Assembly (NCBI GenBank): GCA_043811535.1
Contig: JBDRNC010000028.1
Location: 134,821-198,820, forward strand
Direction: 5' to 3'
From: Elusimicrobiota bacterium
GTDB lineage: Bacteria > Elusimicrobiota > Endomicrobiia > Endomicrobiales > JBDRNC01
DNA length: 64,000 bases
Both the position numbers and the translations under genes were made by a program. Within the stretch, counting starts at the first letter, position 1; each line of letters starts with the position of its first letter. Of the stretch, positions 46,194-54,187 are shown piece by piece. The notes beneath the pieces are model-generated. The model was not told where the DNA came from, made no database searches, and was given only the letters and a program-made list of their open reading frames with translations.

Positions 46194-48760
46194 CATTTTA
46201 TTCACTATTACCATTAACAGCCGCTATAATAAATATTTTTCTTATATTTTTACTACTAATTAACAATAAAAGAAAAAATATTTTATCATCTTATATTTTT
46301 TGGAATATTTGTGTTTCTATTTGGAATTTAGAACTGTTTTTTATCTTCTCTGCTAATGACATAACAACCGCCTATAGATATATTAATGTACTTGTTATTG
46401 CGACAATGTTTATTTTTCCTGCAACATTCAATATTACACTTTGTTTTACGAATTTATATACGGCATATAACAAGATTTTGCTTTATCTTTCATTTATTAT
46501 TAGTTTTATATTCATAATATTTCATTTTCAATTTCATATTCTTAGTAATAGTTTATCTCTATATTCTTGGGGTTTTTATCCTATTGGACAAATAGGCGAT
46601 ATTATTTACGGAATTATTTTCTTTGCATATGCTACTTATTCTCAGATATTAATTTATAATGCGATGAAGTCAAATGTTGGTCAAAAAAGAAATCAATATC
46701 GTTACATATTCTGGGGCACATTATTAGGATATTCTGGTGGAATCACAAATTTCTTACCAACATACGGCATTGACATATATCCAATCGGTAATTTAACGAG
46801 TATATTTTATTCATTATCAATTGCTTATGCTCTAATAACAATTAAAACTATTAATCTTCAATATTTATTCAGAAAAATAGCCTTAGAATCATTGACATTT
46901 ATGACAATCGTTCTTTTAAGCGGCTTTCTTATTATCCCCTTCGGAATTTCATTGCACTATGTAAAGCCCGGTATATTCATTGCTTTAATTATTATCATAA
47001 CGATAACTATTACAAATCTGCTTTATGCGAAGCTGCGTAATATATATTTTAAAGTATTTTTTCGCTATAGCAATATATTCAACAGAGATATTCAAATATG
47101 GATTAAGGAAATCAGAAAATATCTTAAAAGAAACACCCTTATAGAAGATACAATGAATATGCTAAATAAGATGTATATGATTGACAAGGGAGCGATTAAA
47201 ATTGCGGAAAACGGAAAGGAATTATTCTTAACGTCAAAATATATATTCAATAATAACAGTAAAGTAAATATTGAAAAAAGCGCAATAAATGACAATCCCG
47301 GAGATGATTTATTTTGGGATTACGCAAAAGAAAATGATCGGATATTGTTAAAAGATGATATTGAGAAAATAATTGAAATTGGGAAACCTGTAACCGAAAG
47401 AGAATTAAAATTATACTGCGAAATGAATAGTAAAGGATATTCCGCAATAATTCCGCTAAGAACAGCATTCAGCATAGCAGGATATATTCTACTCGGTAAC
47501 AAGCTATCGGGAAATATGTATGATAAGGATGAAATTGACGCATTACACCTAATAAAAGATGCCATGGAAACATCACTCCATAATATTGAAAATATTGATA
47601 TCATAAAGAATCAGGAAAAGCAAATAGAAGAAGAATTGCAAAAAGCCAATAAATTGGAATCTTTGGGACTGCTTGCGGGCGGCATTGCCCATGATTTCAA
47701 CAACATGTTGACTATAATAATGGGAAATATATCTTTGGCCAAGGCCTCTGCAAAAAAAGGAAGTGAATTAAATGAGGTCTTGATGGAAGCGGGGAAATCA
47801 GCACAAAAAGCGGTTGGGCTGGCGAATCAGTTATCTACTTTCTCAAAAGGCGGTGAGCCAAAAAAGAAATTGGTTTCCATATCGGAACAATTGAGAGATC
47901 TTGCTATATTTTCTTTGAGAGGCTCCAATGTCAAATGTGAATTCTCAATCCAGGACGATCTCTGGTTAGTAGATGTTGATGAAGGGCAATTCAGCAGGGT
48001 TATTAATAACATTATTATTAACGGCTCTCAGGCTATGCCTACGGGAGGAATAATTGAGATAAACGCTAAAAATGTCATATACACGCATGAAAATAATATT
48101 CTAAAACGTGAAGGTAACTTCATTAAAATCAGTATAAAAGACCATGGGCCTGGTATACCGAAGGAGTTTCTTAACAAGATATTTGACCCGTATTTCACTA
48201 CAAAGGAAAGTGGTACAGGATTAGGACTGGCAATTATATATTCAATCATTAAAAAACACGGCGGATATATTGATGTTGAATCCGAAATTGGGATTGGCAC
48301 GGTTTTCCACATCTATTTGCCGGCATCAATTGACTCGCGCTCATATTCAACTACTGCACGAGAAGACATCATTTATAAAGGAAATGGAAAAGTATTAGTT
48401 ATGGATGATGAAGTATCAATCCAATTGTTGCTGAAAAGAGTTTTAACATCGTTGGGATATACAGTCGTTTATTGCAATAGCGGTATTGAAGCTATAGAGA
48501 TAATTAAAAAGGAAAGGGACAATAATAACGGATTTGATCTGGTCATTATGGATTTAACTATTCAAGGAGGAATGGGTGGAAAGGCAGCTAACAGCATTAT
48601 CAAGCAGTTATCCCCCAATATAAAAACTATTGTTTCCAGCGGGTATTCAAGCGACGATGTCATGGCGTTTCCGGAAAAATACGGCTTTAACGGGATTATC
48701 GCGAAACCATATAGTGTTGAAGAAATCAGCAAGGTGATTAAGGAAGTATTGAGTAAATGA
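46190..48760 (+). CDS. Hybrid histidine kinase with a multi-TM (7TM-type) sensor, GAF-like region and REC
   Basis: Hydrophobic N-terminal ~280 aa, AHDFNNML, GTGLGL, MDDE...DLTIQGGMGG; start overlaps the KS stop. Confidence 0.9.
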   Translation: MTFYSLLPLTAAIINIFLIFLLLINNKRKNILSSYIFWNICVSIWNLELFFIFSANDITTAYRYINVLVIATMFIFPATFNITLCFTNLYTAYNKILLYLSFIISFIFIIFHFQFHILSNSLSLYSWGFYPIGQIGDIIYGIIFFAYATYSQILIYNAMKSNVGQKRNQYRYIFWGTLLGYSGGITNFLPTYGIDIYPIGNLTSIFYSLSIAYALITIKTINLQYLFRKIALESLTFMTIVLLSGFLIIPFGISLHYVKPGIFIALIIIITITITNLLYAKLRNIYFKVFFRYSNIFNRDIQIWIKEIRKYLKRNTLIEDTMNMLNKMYMIDKGAIKIAENGKELFLTSKYIFNNNSKVNIEKSAINDNPGDDLFWDYAKENDRILLKDDIEKIIEIGKPVTERELKLYCEMNSKGYSAIIPLRTAFSIAGYILLGNKLSGNMYDKDEIDALHLIKDAMETSLHNIENIDIIKNQEKQIEEELQKANKLESLGLLAGGIAHDFNNMLTIIMGNISLAKASAKKGSELNEVLMEAGKSAQKAVGLANQLSTFSKGGEPKKKLVSISEQLRDLAIFSLRGSNVKCEFSIQDDLWLVDVDEGQFSRVINNIIINGSQAMPTGGIIEINAKNVIYTHENNILKREGNFIKISIKDHGPGIPKEFLNKIFDPYFTTKESGTGLGLAIIYSIIKKHGGYIDVESEIGIGTVFHIYLPASIDSRSYSTTAREDIIYKGNGKVLVMDDEVSIQLLLKRVLTSLGYTVVYCNSGIEAIEIIKKERDNNNGFDLVIMDLTIQGGMGGKAANSIIKQLSPNIKTIVSSGYSSDDVMAFPEKYGFNGIIAKPYSVEEISKVIKEVLSK

Positions 48761-48895
48761 ACATATAAAGTTCCTAATACTTCAAAAAAATATTTTCCCT
48801 TGATAATGCAATAATAAATTAATAATGTCGCGGCGCCGGGCGGGAATGACAGGACATTACTAATTTGATATTGTTGAAAAACGCCAACAATCTCT

Positions 48896-49006
48896 GATTA
48901 CACTGATTCTTTAATGATTACTCAGATTAAGTCCCGTAGGTGTTTCTGTGTAATCTGTTTTCAAAATCTGTGTAATCAAGACCGTTGAGGGCTTTTTCAA
49001 CGGTCT
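48896..49006. repeat. GATTACAC(A)GATT / AATCTGTGTAATC repeat family (also 7775-7870, 10720-10780, about 53850)
   Basis: The reverse complement of 48965-48988 nearly matches 7775-7798. Confidence 0.65.
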
Positions 49007-49085
49007 CAATTTGGAAAAAATGATTATGAATAGAGAATAGAACGACGGCGAGTAGGATAATAGGAAAGCTAAATACAAGACAATT

Positions 49086-50021
49086 TCATTTCAAACATTC
49101 GACAATCGTAATATCCAGTTTATTATCTTCGGCTTCCTGCAGCAATATTTCAATCGCCTCATCGTCGCTTTTATCCGTACGGTAGGGTCTTTTGGTCGTC
49201 AGCGCGTCATAAATATCCGCCACGGTGACAATTCTCACAAGTTTCCCTATGTCTTTTCCTCTTAATCCGTCAGGATAGCCGCTGCCGTCCAGTTTTTCAT
49301 GGTGCGAGCGGATAATGGTGAGAACATCCTGCTGAAGGCGGAGATTCTTGCATATCTCCTCGCCTTTGACCGGATGTTCCTTGACGGACGCGAACTCCTG
49401 TTCGGTCAATTTGCCGCTCTTGTTCAGTATCTGGTCGGAAATGCCGATCTTTCCGATATCGTGCAATAGAGAGCTTTTCCTGAGAATTCCGATTTCCTCT
49501 TTTGAGAGCCCCAGTTTTTTGGCGATTTTCGCCGAGATCTCCGATACTCTTTTTGAATGCCCAGCGGTATAGAAATCCCTTGTTTCAATCGATTTTACCA
49601 GCGCGAATATCATGTTCTCCAGCAGTTCGACGTGCTGAATGAAATCCTTCATTTTCAGCAGATTTCTTACTCTTGTTATAAGCTCAAGATGTTCAAAGGG
49701 CTTCTTCACAAAATCGTCCGCCCCCAATTTCAGCCCTGCAATGACAATTCCTTCCGTTATCAGCCCGCTCAGGAATATTATAGGCACGTAATCAACCCCG
49801 TTCCGTTTCTTTCTGATTATCTTGCACGCTTCGAAGCCGTCAATCCCGGGCATCTTCACGTCAAGGATGACCAGGTCCGGGCGTATTTCTTCCTCTTTAA
49901 GTATGACTTCCTCGCCGTTTACCGCGGATGCCACTTCAAAGCCCCCCATACGCAGATATTTTGCAAGCATATCCCTGAGAAACTCGTCATCTTCCGCGAT
50001 AAGAATTTTGTGTTTAATCAT
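49086..50021 (-). CDS. REC + HD-GYP cyclic-di-GMP phosphodiesterase
   Basis: GHSKRV, LHDIGKI, HHEKLDGSGYP, DIYDALT..RPY. Confidence 0.93.
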   Translation of the reverse strand: MIKHKILIAEDDEFLRDMLAKYLRMGGFEVASAVNGEEVILKEEEIRPDLVILDVKMPGIDGFEACKIIRKKRNGVDYVPIIFLSGLITEGIVIAGLKLGADDFVKKPFEHLELITRVRNLLKMKDFIQHVELLENMIFALVKSIETRDFYTAGHSKRVSEISAKIAKKLGLSKEEIGILRKSSLLHDIGKIGISDQILNKSGKLTEQEFASVKEHPVKGEEICKNLRLQQDVLTIIRSHHEKLDGSGYPDGLRGKDIGKLVRIVTVADIYDALTTKRPYRTDKSDDEAIEILLQEAEDNKLDITIVECLK

Positions 50022-50245
50022 GTTAGTATTTATACCTTCATCCTCCCCCTAGACGGGGGAGGAAAGAGGTGGGGGTGACTCCCCCTTTGTTTATAATAAT
50101 AACGCCGAAATCAGTTATTGTCAATAGTTATTTCAATATAGTATTTCAAGCATATTTTGCTTCAGGCGGGATTAGCAAAAAGAAATTCAAGGCTGTATCA
50201 TTTTTGCGACAAATGGATTATTCGGAAAGAGTTATAAAGTAGATG

Positions 50246-50274
50246 TTGAAAGTAATTTGTTAATTCGGTATAAT
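50246..50274 (+). promoter_or_regulatory. Sigma70-like promoter for tRNA-Ser
   Basis: TTGAAA, 17 nt spacer, TATAAT. Confidence 0.65.
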
Positions 50275-50406
50275 TGGGAAGCAGTGAATGGAGAGATGGC
50301 CCTCTTTCGCTCTTGCGAGCTACGGAAGGGCAAGCCGAGTTTCTTTGATATTGACATATAGAGCCGGGGAAAAGTGGACCGTGTCCACCGAAGCCTTGGC
50401 GTAGGT

Positions 50407-50494
50407 GGAGAGATGGCCGAGTGGTTGATGGCGCCGGTCTTGAAAACCGGTGTATCCCTTTGGGGTACCGGGGGTTCAAATCCCTCTCTCTCCG
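50407..50494 (+). tRNA. tRNA-Ser (anticodon TGA), long variable arm, CCA not encoded
   Basis: GGAGAGA/TCTCTCC acceptor stem, CCGGT-CT-TGA-AA-ACCGG, GGTTCAAATCC. Confidence 0.95.
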
Positions 50495-50496
50495 TT

Positions 50497-50659
50497 GACT
50501 TTGGGAAAGCGGCCCTGCTTCTATTCCGAAATCTAAATTTGGGCTGCAACTTCGGAATCTTCGGCTCACGTAGTCTGTGACTACGCGTCACCTCAGATTC
50601 TCTTGTTTCGCCCCAAATTTTGATTTCTCATCACGAAGCAAAACCGCTTTCCCAAAGTC
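50497..50659. repeat. 163-nt rod-like hairpin / MITE-like element
   Basis: 16-bp perfect terminal inverted repeat GACTTTGGGAAAGCGG/CCGCTTTCCCAAAGTC, with nested pairing down to CGTAGTC-TGT-GACTACG. Confidence 0.75.
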
Positions 50660-50698
50660 CTTTCCGGGATGCTTTCAAATGAATAATAATACAAGGAC

Positions 50699-50736
50699 AT
50701 AAAAATACCTCGATGTTAAAATCGAGGTATTTTTAT
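50699..50736. terminator. Bidirectional terminator
   Basis: AAAAATACCTCGAT-gttaaa-ATCGAGGTATTTTT. Confidence 0.7.
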
Positions 50737-50822
50737 ATTTGAGGATTGGATTAGTAGCGAAATGACGGACGGCGAGATTGCCGCGTCGCCCCGAAACATC
50801 GGGGCTCCTCGCAACGACAGCT

Positions 50823-53750
50823 TTACAGGCTAATTCTCTTGGCGGATCTGATGTCCCGCGAAGAACTGCCTACCTGAATCTCGAAAACGCCCGGCTCTAC
50901 AACCCAGTCTTTCTTCTCTACGGAATAATACGCGAAGGCCCGCTTGTCCAGCGTGAATATAACCTTCTTTTTCTCGCCGGGTTTCAGAGTTATCTTTTCA
51001 AACCGTTTCAATTCCCTGACAGGACGCTCCACGCTTGATTGGACGTCGCTTACGTACAATTGGACCACTTCCTTGCCATCGCGCTGTCCGGTATTCGCCA
51101 CGTCAATACTTACGGAACACAGGTTGTCGCTGCCGGCAATCGGTTTTACTTCCATATTGGAGTATTCAAACGTCGTATATGACAGGCCGTGGCCGAAAGG
51201 GAAAAGCGGTTCTATCTTATATTTGTCAAAGAGCCGGTAACCTACGAAGATTCCTTCCTTGTATTCGATCCTGTCGTTCTCTCCGGGAAACGGCGTGTAC
51301 CGCGCGACATCATCAAGCTGTTTCGGGAACGTGACGGGCAGTTTGCCCGACGGATTGACATCGCCGAAAAGTACGTCTGCCACGGCGTTGCCGCCTTCCT
51401 GGCCGGGGTACAAGGCTTCAATTACGCCGGAAACCTTGTCAAGCCACTTGTCCATCTGGACAGGCGTGCCGTTTATAAGGACAAGGACGGTATTCTTGTT
51501 AACCTTGGCGACTTCCTCAATCAACTTGTCCTGCGCCTCAAGGAGCGCGAACGAGTCCCTGTCTTTGCCCTCGCTTTCGAAGAACGGCGAGAGCCCCATG
51601 CAGAGGATAACCGTGTCGGACCGCTTCGCCAGGTCTATGGCGCGCTGAAGGATGCTGTCGGGCGGTATCCAGCCGAATATCATCGAGGCCTCTCCGCTTG
51701 ATTCGTAGTATTCAACGCGTAATCTATATTTCCTCCCGGCTTCGAGGCGCGCCGGTTTTATGACATTCATCGGCGCGTGGTCGTACCAGTTGTCAACGAC
51801 GAGCTTGTCGTCGATGAAGACGCGGCTCCCGTCATCGCTGGTCGTTCCGAAATAATATTCCTTTGTCTCGCGAGGAGCGATGACCGCGGTCCAGCGCGCC
51901 GAGAAATTGTCATTGGGCACTTTCGGGTCGAGCGGTTTGTTGCTCCAGCTGTAATTGATGGATTTTTCTATCTTAGTCAACACGGGGCTGCCGCTCAAAT
52001 CCTTGTTGTTGAAGTATTCCGCCTTGAAACCGCGCTCCGATGAATCACCGGCGGTAATGAATTCAAGCGGGATATCGGTTATGCCTCCGACGTTGTTGCT
52101 GCCTTCGGCGTATTCAACTTTCACCTTGTCCCCGAGTTTATTCTTTATCCCGTCAAGGACGCTTATCATGTATTTGGGATTGATGGTCGAGCTGCCGCCT
52201 CCTCCTACGGGCATAACTGCGGCGTTGGGTCCGATGACGGCGATGGATTTAATGCCGTCTTTTTTAAGGGGCAGTATGCTGTTCGCGTTTTTCAGGAGCA
52301 CTATGCTGTTCTCGGCTACTTCCCTGGCAAGGCGCGCGCTGGCGGCATAGTCGGCCGCGGGCTGTTTCTGCCCGGGGGTTTCTTCGAACAGTCCGAGCCG
52401 AAACATAGCGCGGACCAGCCTGCGGGCCTTGTCGTTTATTATCTGTTCGGAAACCCGGCCATCTTTGACGGCCGGATACAGTTTAGACGATGTCATGAAC
52501 GTTCCCGGCCCGGGCATTTCAAGGTCGCAGCCGCCGTTAGCCGATTCCAGCGTGGTGTAGACCGCGCCCCAGTCCGAAACGACAAATCCCTTGAAACCCC
52601 ATTCATTCTTAAGTATGTCTATGAGCAGATGCTTGTTCGCGCAGGCGTATGTTCCGTTTATCTTGTTATAGGAGCCCATAACCGTCAGCGGGTCGGCTTC
52701 TTTCACGGCGGCTTCGAACGCGGGCAGGTAGATTTCGCGCAAGGCGCGCTCGCTTACTTCAGCGCTGATGGTTGTCCGGCACCATTCCTGGTTGTTGCAG
52801 GCGTAATGCTTGACCGAGGTTCCCGTTTTCCGGCTCTGAATGCCTTTGACGTAGCCGACGGCGATACGGCCCGCGAGGTAGGGGTCTTCGCCGTAGCTCT
52901 CAAAATTCCTTCCGCCGAGCGGGTACCTGTTTATATTGACGCAGGGCCCGAGCAAAACGTTTCTGCCTTGCCCGCGCGTTTCATTCGCGAGCGCCACGCC
53001 CACTCTTTGTATCAGCGCCGGGTCCCACGTGGCAGCAAAGCTTATGCCGGTGGGAAAACACGTATTCTGGCCCCAGCCCACGCCGTGCGGGCCGTCGGTA
53101 AATTCTATCACCGGAATTTTCAGCCTGCTGTTCGCCCTGGAACTCATTCCGGTGGAGCCGCTTACAAGCGCGATCTTTTCGGAAAGCGACATGCGCTTTA
53201 CAAGGTCATCCGCGCGCTTGTCTACAGACAGTTCCGGGTTCAGGTACGCCGCTTTCGGGTCGAAAGGCGGGAGGTTCGCGTCTTCGGAGTTAAACTCAAC
53301 GTCAAATATGGAATACCCCCACGCGGTCGCGCGTTTTATTCCGAGGACGCGGACGAATTTAGTTTCAACCTGCTTGAAGCCGATTACCTTTTCTTCGCCT
53401 TCCCTGCCTTCGCTCACAGAAGCGGCGTCTTTCCAGTCAAAGCCGTTTTTTGATGTTTGTATCTTGTATTCCTTTCCCGACGCGGTCTCCCATAATATTT
53501 TCATAGAATCGATCGTCTGCGTTTTCTTGAATTTGAATTCTATCCAGGAGTCGTCTATTCCCTGCTGGGACTCCCAACGGGTAGCAAGGTCGCCGTCAAA
53601 AGCGAACCGCGGCAGGTTTCCGGCCATATCGGACGAAGCGGTGATTGTTTCTATGTCGGCGGGCGTAATCATGGTTCCGGCGGCTGTCGCGGTCGACGTA
53701 AAAAAGAATAATGACAGGACGAGAGCGGAAAAAGCAGTTTTCATTTCCAT
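50823..53750 (-). CDS. Secreted GH3 beta-glucosidase with N-terminal discoidin/CBM32, PA14 and FN3-like domains
   Basis: DGPHG, GGRNFESYGEDP, KHYACN, VSDW nucleophile, SDDGSR, FPFGHGLSYT. Confidence 0.95.
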   Translation of the reverse strand: MEMKTAFSALVLSLFFFTSTATAAGTMITPADIETITASSDMAGNLPRFAFDGDLATRWESQQGIDDSWIEFKFKKTQTIDSMKILWETASGKEYKIQTSKNGFDWKDAASVSEGREGEEKVIGFKQVETKFVRVLGIKRATAWGYSIFDVEFNSEDANLPPFDPKAAYLNPELSVDKRADDLVKRMSLSEKIALVSGSTGMSSRANSRLKIPVIEFTDGPHGVGWGQNTCFPTGISFAATWDPALIQRVGVALANETRGQGRNVLLGPCVNINRYPLGGRNFESYGEDPYLAGRIAVGYVKGIQSRKTGTSVKHYACNNQEWCRTTISAEVSERALREIYLPAFEAAVKEADPLTVMGSYNKINGTYACANKHLLIDILKNEWGFKGFVVSDWGAVYTTLESANGGCDLEMPGPGTFMTSSKLYPAVKDGRVSEQIINDKARRLVRAMFRLGLFEETPGQKQPAADYAASARLAREVAENSIVLLKNANSILPLKKDGIKSIAVIGPNAAVMPVGGGGSSTINPKYMISVLDGIKNKLGDKVKVEYAEGSNNVGGITDIPLEFITAGDSSERGFKAEYFNNKDLSGSPVLTKIEKSINYSWSNKPLDPKVPNDNFSARWTAVIAPRETKEYYFGTTSDDGSRVFIDDKLVVDNWYDHAPMNVIKPARLEAGRKYRLRVEYYESSGEASMIFGWIPPDSILQRAIDLAKRSDTVILCMGLSPFFESEGKDRDSFALLEAQDKLIEEVAKVNKNTVLVLINGTPVQMDKWLDKVSGVIEALYPGQEGGNAVADVLFGDVNPSGKLPVTFPKQLDDVARYTPFPGENDRIEYKEGIFVGYRLFDKYKIEPLFPFGHGLSYTTFEYSNMEVKPIAGSDNLCSVSIDVANTGQRDGKEVVQLYVSDVQSSVERPVRELKRFEKITLKPGEKKKVIFTLDKRAFAYYSVEKKDWVVEPGVFEIQVGSSSRDIRSAKRISL

Positions 53751-54080
53751 TTCCTTTATCGGAGATTGTCGGGATTTTTCAACAATCTCCGATTACGACT
53801 TCCGATATTTAACAACTTAACGGAGTCCCTTTAGGGACATTGATTTTTACTGAGATAACACAGATTAAAGAGCATTGAGGACTTTTTCATCGGTGGTAAT
53901 ATAGTGATGCGGGAGACGGAATATAAACCGCTATCTGATATAGACAATTTAGACATAGTATAGTCACTTTTTACAGGCGTGTCAATGAAAAAACCTGATC
54001 TTTAATATAGCGGGGTTGCGGAACGCGCGGCGTTTAATATGCTAACATGTTATATATAGGAAGACATCCTGTTTGTTTAA

Positions 54081-54173
54081 GGAAACCGATTACCTGATGA
54101 AAATATTATTTTTTATCTATTGACATTACCGCGCAAATGAGCAATAATATTTACAGTCGCAGCAAACGTTTGC
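54081..54173 (+). promoter_or_regulatory. Promoter with two LacI-family operator-like sites
   Basis: GGAAACCGATTACC (54081-54094); TTGACA (54120-54125), 17 nt, AATAAT; perfect palindrome GCAAACGTTTGC (54162-54173). Confidence 0.7.
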
Positions 54174-54187
54174 ACAGGAGGATCTAA

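Noticed and set aside
50198..50591. ORFs overlapping tRNA-Ser
   Set aside because: Spurious frames across the tRNA and its flanks.
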